Below are positions 21,921 to 33,600 of a stretch of 64,000 bases of DNA, piece by piece (positions within the stretch are counted from its first letter, which is position 1; each line of letters starts with the position of its first letter). Position numbers and translations under genes: made by a program. Below the pieces are notes generated by a model. It was not told the DNA's origin. It ran no database searches and saw nothing but the letters and a program-made list of their open reading frames with translations. Location: positions 144,476 through 208,475 of the forward strand of contig WELA01002166.1 of NCBI GenBank assembly GCA_009602735.1, written 5' to 3'. This DNA is from Mesotaenium endlicherianum (lineage: Eukaryota).

Positions 21921-24900
21921 ATGGCCGCGAAGGCCACACGACCGGGCCGAAATACTCGGAAGGATGCTCTGAGACGTACGAAAATATCTTCAAAGTCGCT
22001 TGGGGAGAGGCAGAACGTGTGGCTCCCAAGCCTTGGCGTCTGGGCCATGCTCCCAGCCTCTAGCACGTCTCAACGCTCTCTCTGCGAGCTGCCTCTTTCC
22101 AGAGACTTTGAGGACTTGCGCCAAGCCCCCGAGCGACCAGCCTCTTCCTTGCCTGGTGGCAGGGCTTCCAGTCGCCGATATGGGGGGGACATCGACGGTG
22201 GTCTGAGCGCGGATAGGGAGAGTGTGTCTGGTGTGGCCTCTGCTTTACAGCAAGAGGCGCAGCCAGCAGCTGGGCGACCGGTGGAAGATGGAGGTGCCTT
22301 GCTGTCAAAGGGTCAGGCTGGCGGTGTAGCTGAGGTGGCTTCACAGGGGGGGAAGGTATCCTTATCAGGCGCCAAGAGGCCCCGGGCTTCCTTTGAAGAA
22401 TCGCAGCATGAGCAGAGGCGGTGTGCTGCTGACTCAGCTTCGCAAGCGAGGCACCAGCGGGGCACTCATCCTCGTTCACCGCGTGCAGGAACGGCCCTTC
22501 CCGCCCAAAGACAGGTGTCGAGACAGATGCCAGGCCAGGTGGCAGGACAGACGTCAGGCCACGTGCTTGCGCCCGAGGGAGGAGCGGACGACGCCGCAGC
22601 CCGAGTGCCGGCGGTGGACGATGACTCGGCGGCCGCAGATGGTGACGTGGCGACGGCAGACGATAACGTGGCGGCGGCAGTCCCCACGTGCGCCATCTGC
22701 CTCAACCGCATGGAGGAGCGCGCGCGCGCCGTGCTGTGGTGGTGTCTGCACGCCTTCTGCGGCGCCTGCATCCAGCGCTGGAGCCGAGTGAGCCGCGCTT
22801 GCCCCCTCTGCAAGGGGGAATTTGTCGGGTGGTATTTCAACATCAGGGGGGCTGCAGACTACGACGAGCATGTCCTGCCGAAGCTGAGGCGGGAGGGGGG
22901 GCGGGCGGAGGGCGAGGGGGCGGCGGGCGAGGCGGCGGAGGGGGGGGGACAGCTGGCGCAGCTCTCGTGGGCGTACGAGCCCGACTGGGCGGCGCTGGAC
23001 AGGTGGCGCGCCCGGAGGCCTGCAGGCAGGAGGTGAGGCTATGTGCGGCGGTGTATCAGTGTTGGTTTGCACGCTTTGCATAGACTGGGGAACTGTCAAC
23101 CTCAGTGCACATGCCCCCCTTATTTGGCCCTCCTCCTTTTCCTCCTCCTCCTCCTCTCCTCCTCTCCTCCTCTCTTCGTCCTCTGGCACACGTCTAGACA
23201 TGACAGCGAACGAATCATGTATTTTCTTTGGGTGATCATTTTATTTAATTTTTGTGAAGTCACCTGAAGTCCACCTTCCTTTGAGTGCCACGTGGCATCA
23301 GGCACCGATGGCACCTAGCTGTGGGCTGCGTGCATGCTTGTGCGTGCGCCTGCAACTACCTCACCATGCGTTAGAAGGATGCACTAACGCCGTTCTGGGC
23401 GTTGAAAGCACGACTCATGCACGCGTGCCCGCGGTCGTGGCTGGGCTCCTTCGCATAATTCTATTTGTTTCCTTTATTTGTCCTTTATATATATCGTTTT
23501 ATGTGGGTAATTTACATGTTTTGATTGTCATGTTTGGAGAAGTACCTTCCTGAATACGGTCTGGCCACGTGTCGTGAACCTTGGTTTCCATCTCCTTGTA
23601 GGCTACACCCGTACAGTCATCATCGACCTCGTCAGCATGGACCAGCCGCTGAGGTGGTGCCAGGTGGCAGCATCAGCGGCCCCCGACCGTACTACTACCG
23701 CCTGCAGCGCGCTCTCCTGTCCTCCTCTGCAGCCGCCAGCTCATCCACTGCTGAGGTGGAGAATACCACAAGGCCAGGTGGCACCCTTGGACTCCGCCAC
23801 GTCACCGCGGATATACATGGCAGTGGAGTGCGACACCAGGTGTCGTCTTTGCTGCCCCTGCGCCTGCCTCAGCGCAGTGATGTGTCGACACCTGCTGATC
23901 TGGCAAGCCGACGTCATCAGCCACAAGCAACGATGCGCACCACAGGAGCTGCGCATGATGTGCCACCTGACCGCCCACGTGGCTTCTCNGGCGGCGCTGG
24001 ACAGGTGGCGCGCCCGGAGGCCTGCAGGCAGGAGGTGAGGCTATGTGCGGCGGTGTATCAGTGTTGGTTTGCACGCTTTGCATAGACTGGGGAACTGTCA
24101 ACCTCAGTGCACATGCCCCCCTTATTTGGCCCTCCTCCTTTTCCTCCTCCTCCTCCTCTCCTCCTCTCCTCCTCTCTTCGTCCTCTGGCACACGTCTAGA
24201 CATGACAGCGAACGAATCATGTATTTTCTTTGGGTGATCATTTTATTTAATTTTTGTGAAGTCACCTGAAGTCCACCTTCCTTTGAGTGCCACGTGGCAT
24301 CAGGCACCGATGGCACCTAGCTGTGGGCTGCGTGCATGCTTGTGCGTGCGCCTGCAACTACCTCACCATGCGTTAGAAGGATGCACTAACGCCGTTCTGG
24401 GCGTTGAAAGCACGACTCATGCACGCGTGCCCGCGGTCGTGGCTGGGCTCCTTCGCATAATTCTATTTGTTTCCTTTATTTGTCCTTTATATATATCGTT
24501 TTATGTGGGTAATTTACATGTTTTGATTGTCATGTTTGGAGAAGTACCTTCCTGAATACGGTCTGGCCACGTGTCGTGAACCTTGGTTTCCATCTCCTTG
24601 TAGGCTACACCCGTACAGTCATCATCGACCTCGTCAGCATGGACCAGCCGCTGAGGTGGTGCCAGGTGGCAGCATCAGCGGCCCCCGACCGTACTACTAC
24701 CGCCTGCAGCGCGCTCTCCTGTCCTCCTCTGCAGCCGCCAGCTCATCCACTGCTGAGGTGGAGAATACCACAAGGCCAGGTGGCACCCTTGGACTCCGCC
24801 ACGTCACCGCGGATATACATGGCAGTGGAGTGCGACACCAGGTGTCGTCTTTGCTGCCCCTGCGCCTGCCTCAGCGCAGTGATGTGTCGACACCTGCTGA

Positions 24901-25818
24901 TCTGGCAAGCCGACGTCATCAGCCACAAGCAACGATGCGCACCACAGGAGCTGCGCATGATGTGCCACCTGACCGCCCACGTGGCTTCTCGCGGGCCGTT
25001 GCGCCACCTGGCGATACGGCAAGGGAAGCCCGCGATGAGCACGCGCTGAGATGGCGCAGGAGGTAGGCTCTCCTGGTGCCGCCATGTGGCTTCTGCAGCT
25101 TGCCAGCCTGCCCTCACATTACTCAAGCTCTCTGCACGTGCGCAATACTCTGAAGGACTTTGGGAACTTTGAGAACTCAAGCTACGGAACCCCAAGCCCA
25201 CAACTCTGAAATCCCCACTTTCTGTTTACAAACGCTCAGTCTCCATCAGAGTTCCGAATCTGGCCGTATAAACATGGTCGCAAAATCTGGGCCTTAAAGC
25301 TTTGGTGTTTAAAAGTCAGCCCTATAAAAATAGTGCGGGTGAGGGTTGAAGTTTTGAGGGTCAGGTCAGGTCAGGGTGTGGGTTAGGACAGGGCAGAGCT
25401 AGATCGCACTTAGGGTTAGGGGCTTGATTGCGGGGGGCAAGCTTGCGCTGTCTTTCCTCGTGTCGTCATTGTCTTGCGATACTGACGGCCTCCCTTGCCC
25501 TGTCCACGTAGGCAAGGCCACTGATTTTGCGCCAAGTGGCAGTGGGGGGCCGCAGGGGGTATTCAGTGCATCTCCTCTGTAGTCTGTATTGGCAATATGT
25601 GGCGGATGCTTGTTTCTCAGGAATTCTGCCTCCCTTGCCTTTTTTTTGGTTCTTAATTCCCGTAACCAGGGGGGGGGAGGGGGGAGAGTAGGAAAGACAT
25701 GATTTTCAGTCATTATCGAAAGTTCTGGTGGTTTGGCACCCTCTTGCTTCGCAACCCTGATGCCCTGAACCCTCGGCCGGAAAGGCAAGCTCGAGAGGAC
25801 CTACCCTGATCGCGCGCA

Positions 25819-25854
<36 letters not shown>

Positions 25855-28800
25855 TGTGTGCGTGCGTGCCAGCGGTGCGTGTGCAGCGTCTACGAGCGAG
25901 GCGTGCGTGCGCTGCCACCGCCGTTGCCAGCTGGCACGGCGACCAAGAGACCTCCCTCCTCCTCCTCCTCCTCCAAGGTGCAGCCATCCTAGCTTCGTGA
26001 AAGGGTTCAATTTCAGGGCTTACAAGGTTTAGGTCTCTGGCTTAGGGTTCAGGGTTAGCTTTGAGGCGTAGGGTTTAATAGTAGGTTCGGTATAGGATAT
26101 ATGATCAGGTTAGGGGCTGAGAGTTTAGGGTTAGGTTTCAAGGCTTGGGATTTGGGGCTTGGGAGTACATTTCCACTTTGCTCCCTGCGCTGGCTCCCCT
26201 CTCCCCTCCCCCTCCCCCTTCCCCCCCCACCCTTTCCTCCCCCAAAGTCCCCTTTTTGCAGCTGACTAGCTGGCTAGGCGTCGAGCATGTGCAACAGTGT
26301 GCGAGTGGAGTCTCTAGGCACCCCCCCTAAGGAAGACTAGTTTATCAAAAAGAAACTGAAACCTGGGAGTTTTGTACCCGAGTACTCTCAGAGTCACAAA
26401 CCAAAAATGATGAAATCCTACCAGAGAACAATATTGGGGGGGGAGGGGGGGAGAGGGGAAATCTCAACAGCGTGTGAGGGTCCTGATCTGACAAGTGGCA
26501 TATTGTGGTGGGGAATGGGGGGATGCAGAGGGCTGCTGTGGCAGGTGGAGAGGAGGAGGCGCGCCAGCTGGCACGCCTGGAGCCCTGGATTCGCCGCGAG
26601 CTCCAGGTGCTTGACACGTGTCCCATTTTTGTGCTTGACGCCTCCCGTAGCAAATGCTTAAAGGGTGTCACATTCTACGCTCGCCACCTGTCGTGTTCCT
26701 GATATGACGCGCTGCCGCATCATATCTCTTCTTTTGGTGAGCGTTAGGTTCAGGAAGAAGAGAGTGAACAAGAGGGTGTCTTATAGGCAGGGAGAGGGTA
26801 GAAAACTATGGAGTGTTGTTTGGTCAGTGAGGTGAAGAGGATGAAACGTGTGGAGAGAGGGTGAAAAGGGGGGGGGAGGAGGGGGGTGGAGGGGGTGTTG
26901 TGTAATCATGAGTGAGGCGCATCAATCATGTGGGAGAGGAAGATGCGGGAGAAGGGAGGAGTAACCCCTTGAGAGGGCCAGTTGCTCATACCTACTGCCA
27001 CTGACTTTGTGACACGCGGCAGGTGTCACTCTGCGGCCCCAACAACTTTTAACTGAGTATAGTTACTGGCCAGCAGCTGCTCACGCTACTTGGCTTTTGA
27101 TCTGACACGTGTCATCCCTGAGAACTGTCGCTTTCAGACGCATGTCAGTCTTCTGGCCCCCGTGTGCCTGTGACACCTGCCGGCCTCCGACACGTGCCGG
27201 CCTTTGACACCTGTTGCCACGCGGCTGCTCTTCACCTGTGCGCGTGTGTGCGTCTCCCCAGGCGCTGTTAGGAGATGCAGAGCCGACGCTGCTGGTGCAT
27301 CTAGTGCTGGGCCTCTGGACAGCCCACACTCGCCGATGTCAATCTGTCCCGCCCAGCTGGGTGCGGGGCAGCCGGGCAGTGACACCTGGCGCTGGCAGCA
27401 GTGCGCCGAGGGCGGAGGCCACTGTCGCAGGCCGCATGTCTGCGACACCTGTCGCGGCGTCAGCGGGTGTCATTGGCAACAACGTCGGCATCAACAACTC
27501 TTCACGTGCCGTGCATGTCCGCCCGTTGCCACCTGTAAGAGCGCCAGGTGGCACGGGAAGATTGCCGCCTGTTGGGACGGCAAGCCCGTCAGAGGACGAG
27601 AAAGTGCCAGGCGGCGCCGGGATAGACGGCCCCAACGAAGCGGAGGGGGATGTGCTGCGTGAGCTGGCGCCGTTCCTGGCGCAGCGGGCGGCGCACTTCT
27701 GGCACGAACTGAGGTGGGCCGGCTACACGCTAGCCACGTCAGCAGGGAGCGGTCAGAGAATGGAGGCTGGAGGAATATGGCCGGAAGGGGGGGGGGGGTC
27801 TGATGCGCTTATCGTGTGTGATTCATTTTGTCTGTTTCACCCTCTTTCTTTGTGCCCTTGCAGGGTGTCGTCGCGGCATGTGCATGGGTGGGCTTGCGCT
27901 TGTGTGTGGGCTTGCGCTTGTGCACTTGCGACGTTCTCTCTCCCTATGTGCGCGTGTGTGAGAGCGTCGTCTTATCAGCCGCACATGGGGAGCAAGGCGA
28001 CATACGTAAGAGTCTGCAACGTCATGGTTCCTCCGCCTGATCGCTTCGAATGTGCGTGGGGCTGCATGGGTGTGTGCGCCGCATGTGCGTGCACGTGTGC
28101 GCGCGGAGCAGGTCATTTGCCGAGAGCCCCTACACGCTGCAGGCCTACGACTCGCTCGTGCGCTACGCCCCCCCTGGCACAGATGGTGCCAACTTGCACG
28201 GTGCCAGCTGTCGCCCTCTCCAGGCGCCAGGTGGACACCCTGCAAGCGATGGTGGAGGCAGCAACCGAGATCAAGCGACGAGCGTCTTGGCCAATCAGGG
28301 GAGAGCTAGACGCAGGCCTGACGATGGGGCAGACAACGGGGCAGGGATAGGTGTCGGCGAGAGCAGGCGCCATGACAGCGGGGTGGGAAGAAGCAGCAGC
28401 GGAGAAGCTTCCCCCAGAACAGGTCCAGGTACAGATGAACTTCCAGGTAGAGGGGAACGTCGTTGTGCAGAATGCAGGACCGAATGTGAAGGGGGGTCTT
28501 CTGCTCAGCCCAGCCACCAGCGTACTGTGCCCTACCTAAGTGGCGACCTCGGTGACCTGCAGAAGCGACAGGTGGCAGCTGATAACAGCTTGCTGCTTAC
28601 GCCGGCTGTCAGAGCTTCTCCGACAGCCAGTAGAGGCGGGCACGTGTGGGAGCTGGGCGGCAGGAGGCAGGTGGGTGCCACAGCTGGCGGGCACGATGAC
28701 AGTAGGCGCACACTTGGATGTGTAGACGGAAGCGTGGCAGCAAGTGCGCCACGTGGCAGAAGCACAGATGGCTCTTGGTGGACATTCGACAGAGTGGCAA

Positions 28801-29114
28801 CAACTGAGCTGGCAGAGCCTGGGCCAGCTTTGGAGCGGAGAAACTCTGGGAGGGCAATGCACATCCGCTCCCATGCACAACGAGAAGAGCAGGTGCATGC
28901 ACGTGGCAGTGGGGGGAATAGTGGGGAGACTTCATCCCCAACTTTGGTGGGGGTGGGGGTGGGGGTGGAGGGTGAGGGAAGTTTGCAGCGTGATGAGGTG
29001 GCACATGTGCGAAGGAAGGAGGAGGTTGACAGGGAGATAGTGCGACGGATTAGGGCGGAGATGGAGAGGTTTGAGGCGCTGAGAGGACGCGGTGGGGCAG
29101 GATCGACGGCGTGA
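21921..29114 (+). CDS. RING-HC E3 ubiquitin ligase, Topors-like
   Basis: Exon 1 from ~21921 (or ATG 22048) to 23032 contains CAICLN..WCLHAFCGACIQRWS..CPLCK. Then 24604-25062 (..ALRWRR; partial copy at 23602), 25887-25977 (SVYERGVRA), 26529-26606 (LEPWIRRELQ), 27262-27713 (ALLGD..PFL..AAHFWHELR), 28112-29114 (FAESPYTLQAYD..stop). All phases are consistent. WIRREL and HFWHEL..F..SP..YD are typical of Topors-family proteins. Confidence 0.85.
22988..24990 (+). repeat. Apparently exact 1001-bp tandem duplication joined by a single N, likely assembly overlap artefact
   Basis: 22988-23988 is repeated at 23990-24990 (offset 1002), with N at 23989; identical ORF translations appear twice in the ORF track. 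Confidence 0.85.
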
Positions 29115-31680
29115 GGTGCTCGCTCTCTGTCTATCTGATGCAAGCCTGTCTGAGCCTGTCTGCATTCGGACCAACGCCACCCGGGCCCTTAGCACACTTG
29201 GCATGCTACCGGGCATGCTGACACCACTGAGGTGCCACGTCACGAGGGCCGTGGCGCTCTCAAATTCAAGGCTTCCATGGCTGACAGCTGTCAAGAGCTG
29301 AAGGGCTGAAGGGATGACAAATGTCTTACAGAAGCAGCAGAGCTAGCAGTACCAGGTGCAAGGGGTTATGAGGGCTGCTACCGACGCCATTTAGGGTTTG
29401 CTATTGGGCCTTCATCATCTTGTACAGTCGACTGTAGAAATGGCCCTTCAATAAGATAGCAACGGAAGCAGAGCTCCCTGATTGGGTGTTGAGTAATCAC
29501 TTAACAGTCCGACATTGGTCAAGTGTTATTATTGTTTCGATTCATGGAATGGTAAATTTTAAGATGGGCAAGGGAAGGTGGGTACATGGGTAATATTTTT
29601 TGAGGGCATAGGTGAGAAGGTGAAGGTGAGTGCTACTTAAGGTGTACGGTTTCGATGAAACATTTGTACATTCCCTTGTAAACAAGTCCTTAGTCCAGTA
29701 AATTTGGGGGAGACGGGCAACGGCTACGTGTGTGCTTGTGTGCGTGTGTAGCGATCGACATTGAGTGCATGCAATGTTGATCAGTTGGCTCGCTTCACGT
29801 GGTGGCATTTGTAGGTGGCATGTGACGTGAATCACAGATGGCGTTTGACTTTGTGCATTAGTTGTGCATGCAAGGACAAACCTCCATTCATAAGATCAAA
29901 AGTTCATAACAGTCTGCGATTCCCTGTACTTTCCTTGAACATGATCCTTACTAGTTAAACTTTTGCATGAAGTGTTTTACAGCTACTTTAGTTTTGTCAC
30001 TATTTAAGTTCTTTTCTGGTACCTTGCGTACACTATAATTTGCCTACCAATTGTTGAAAGCAAAGTGAATCTTTTAAGCACCACAACTTCACCACAACAG
30101 GTGACGGGTATAGCTGGTAAACTTTGCTCGCGATACTACTTCCAAAAATGTTAAGTTCCATGTTGCGGCATTAGGATTTGGTCGACGCGTTATCCTTCTC
30201 TTGGGTAACCTACTCGGGGTGTTATTGCATGTTCTTGAGTTTTTGACATACTAATTTATGTGCAAATAGTGTGTAAACTTGGGTACTAAGAGGTTGTTGG
30301 TGGGTGGGATGTTCGTCAACTACCACTCTTTTGGACAAGGTGGTAGTTATTTCTGTGTACGCTGGGTGTGATTTTGCGTATAACTTTTGAACGCTGGGGT
30401 GTGAATTAGACATATATTTTGGCGTACCGGTAGAACTTGTTATCCAAAACTGCGGACTTTCGGAGTATGTAGTGTAGTTTGTGGTCGTCAGTAAGGCGCC
30501 CCTCACGTAATCTCTGTGAAGGGGAAACCAGTAAGGGCCTCGCACGTGCGCGTCGGGGTTCCTTTGTCGTTTCGGCGTGTTCCAGATTGCTCGGGATTGT
30601 TCAAGACCCTTCCTCGACGTCGATGCACGGTTTGGCTGCGCCGGGCCGGCGCGTGATAAATGCTCGTTGTGAGGTCGGAATGGTCATTTGTTTTTCTTTT
30701 GTGTTTGTGCAGGGACGCCGGAAGACGACTGCCGGGCCATGGCCGCTGGCAAGAGGGAAGCGGGGGGCGGATCGGGTGGAGGTGAGTTATGTCGTCTTTT
30801 TCAATGTTGGACATGGGCACGGGGCCTCTTCTTGCTAGGCCCTGCCTTGTCTTCGTGATCGTTAATTTTGTTAATTTTGTTGATTTTGTTTCGATGGCGG
30901 CAATCGCCGTCGATGTCGTCGACGCTTTGAGTTTTTGTCGCGCACGTTTTGATTTGTCGTCATTGTTCGAGGGCGTCCGTGAGGGGAAATTGTCGGCCCC
31001 CCTCACAAAAATTGAATTCAATGCACACTCTAGAGTTATTTCGGGAGGACTTGATGAGAACATGACATGTCGATAAGATGACAGGGGCAAATAGACTGCT
31101 TTCAAGGTTGAGGCGCCTGATTTCCAGCATTCACGCTGCTTAATTGTGATTCGTCACGTTGGGCTAGGTCGATGACCTTTTTGACGACTCAACGCATGAT
31201 TCAAGCTCCGCTCAAGCTTCAACGAGGCACGTAGCTTGACGACACTCAATCGTACCACTTGTACTCAATTTTCCTGTCATGTCGATCTTTTTCCTACCAA
31301 ACATTTTCAAGTTGTGACGACCTTGAAGTAATTTAAAGTTCGCGCAGTCTCACAAACTTGAAATCTTTGTAGAGCGACTTGAACGTTGTTGAATGATCCC
31401 CACATCATGACCTTCACTCGACTTCAAACATTTTTGGGCAATCGACAAATGTGATGAAGACTTCTAAATTGACCAATATATTTCCAAAATTGACCGGCAA
31501 ATTTCACGAACTCAGACGCTTTGTATATTCTTCACAAGTGCATGTTAGGCGAGTACCAACATTTACTCATTTCCCATTAAAGTTCTAGCTTAATTTCCGG
31601 TGCTCTTCCATAACAACTGCAATCCTGCGATGCGTTGTTCCTGAACTGAAATGCGCCAGCCACTCCACCCTCACAATCTA

Positions 31681-32803
31681 GGGGTAATTACCAAAGTATC
31701 ACTCCAAGTTTTGTTTATTTTAAAATTCAGCACTCCAATTTTCGTTATTACAAAACTAGCACTCGCACATGTAAGGTGAGGCCACATAGGCCTTACACGA
31801 TCAAATGACTTGCCACACGTATTCGCACGCAACCCTACTTGACACACCACTTCTCTCTTTCGTTTCCAAAATTTTCCACCACTACTTTTATAACTGACCC
31901 ACCTTCGCGATCCAAACTCCCCAAGGACGCCAAAAAATTGGTCCACAAGTATTCCTTACCTATTTTTTGCACCTTTTTTTTTGTAAATTCTGTATTTCTT
32001 TGAGAGACTATATTCATCGCTTTTCCGGCTATTTCACGTACGAACGCAGTCACAACAAGCTAAATGTAGCAGCTGAGCAAAGAGGTTATTTACTATGGGA
32101 CATTGCCATTGAGTTTGCCTGTGGCTATTTTTCCTCTTTGTAAGCACCCTGCACCTATTTTAATTGCGCATCCATGGGAACATTTCCACAATGTACCGCG
32201 TGCGTCCTCTAGTTGATGATGCCGCTTTTAATACCAAATCTGACTTGATTACTACCATAAAAGATGATGCCTTGCGCTTTTGATATGCCACAAAGACATG
32301 GCATAGTAATACAACGAGGTACGAGGTAATTCCCGATATAAAATAGGATGACCCTAGTACGTAAACCCTAACTCGTACCCCAAGCACACATGGAGGGCTT
32401 GCCTAACCCGCTGCTATTCAGACCCAGCTATGGAGTTCGAAAAGTTGTCTTTGAATTGGAAGCGCGGCAAACCGGTCAATGCCTTCAAGAGTTTTAGAGC
32501 GTAAAATGAAGGACGAAAATGAGGAAGCGCAAATGTATCCACCCGAAATTTGGCGTCCTTGGGCAGTTTGGTTCGCGAAGGTGGGTCAGTTACAAAAGTG
32601 GTGGTGGAAGATTTTGGAAACAAAAGAGAGATGTTGTATGTCAGGTAGGGTCGCGCTGCGAATTCGTGTGGCACGTCATTTGATCGTGTAAGGCCTACGT
32701 GGTCTCACCTTACATGTGCGAGTGCTAGTTTTGTAATAACGAAACTTGGAGTGCTAGATTTTGAAATAAACAAAACTTGGAGTGCTACTTTGGTAGTTAC
32801 CCC
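31681..32803. mobile_element. Non-autonomous Mutator-like (MULE) DNA transposon, 1123 bp
   Basis: ~260-bp imperfect TIRs (GGGGTAATTACCAAAGTATCACTCCAAG... / ...CTTGGAGTGCTACTTTGGTAGTTACCCC) and a 9-bp TSD cacaatcta (31672-31680) / cacaattta (32804-32812), one mismatch. No transposase ORF. Confidence 0.9.
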
Positions 32804-32819
32804 CACAATTTAAAGTTGG

Positions 32820-33600
32820 CGAATTTTTCGCGTACCAGTCGAACCTTGCATTAGCGGACCTCATTTCGACGTACCCTACTTTGACACACACGGCGCGATT
32901 TCTGCGTACCGGCGAAACTGGTACCGAAATCGGAATTTCTGAGTACCAGTCAGGTACCAGTAGAGGTCAAACGCTTCGTTGCATTTCTGCGTACCATGCG
33001 ATTCGAACCTTGGACAGCGGACTTCACTTCGCCGTACCCCAAGGTGATACTCGCCGCCTGATTTCTCCGTACCCGTAGTACTTGATACTCCAAGAGGAGA
33101 TTTCGAGTCAGTTTCGAGTACCACAAAAGGGTAGTGCTTCGCGACATTCCCGCGTACCAATCGAACTTTGTACAGCGAACCTCATCTCAGCGTATGCACG
33201 TTTCATCAACCCTGATTCCGCGTCCCTGTAGAACTTGGTGACTCAAATCAGAATTTCCCAGTACAGTTGAATAACTTTCGATATTTCTGCGTACCAGTCG
33301 AACCTCGGACAACGGACCTTGTTTTGACGTACAGGCTTTGATTTCCGCGTACTGGTAGAGATTGGTTCCCAAAGCAGAATCTCTGAGTACAAATAGAAAC
33401 GCTTCGCGAGATTACCGCGTACCAATCGGACCTTGTACAGCAGACCTAATTTCGACGTACCCGACTTTGGCACCCCCGGCGCACTAATGGATATACCAAC
33501 CAGTGGTGGATTGTCGATATTAGGGTCAGGCTCCCAGATTCTAGTGGTACGCGAGAATATCGCCTTGTGCATCAAAATTCACTGGTACGCAGAAATGTCG
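32820..33600. repeat. Degenerate higher-order tandem array with core ATTTC(N)GCGTACC
   Basis: About 20 GTAC cores at ~35-40 bp spacing; a 130-165 bp super-unit (cgcgtaccagtcgaaccttg.acagcggacct..ttcgacgtac) at ~32830, 32990, 33150, 33290 and 33415; two inverted copies at ~33545 and 33583. Confidence 0.8.

Noticed and set aside
22988..24990. Exon duplication or alternative exons in the RING gene
   Set aside because: Apparently identical copies joined at a single N indicate an unmerged contig overlap; read depth or PCR would settle it.
30490..31010. Small element bounded by cccctcacg / cgtgagggg inverted motifs
   Set aside because: The match is only ~9 bp and no TSD or clear ends were found.
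32820..33600. CRISPR array
   Set aside because: Cores are short and degenerate, spacers are related in a higher-order pattern, there are no cas genes, and the context is eukaryotic.
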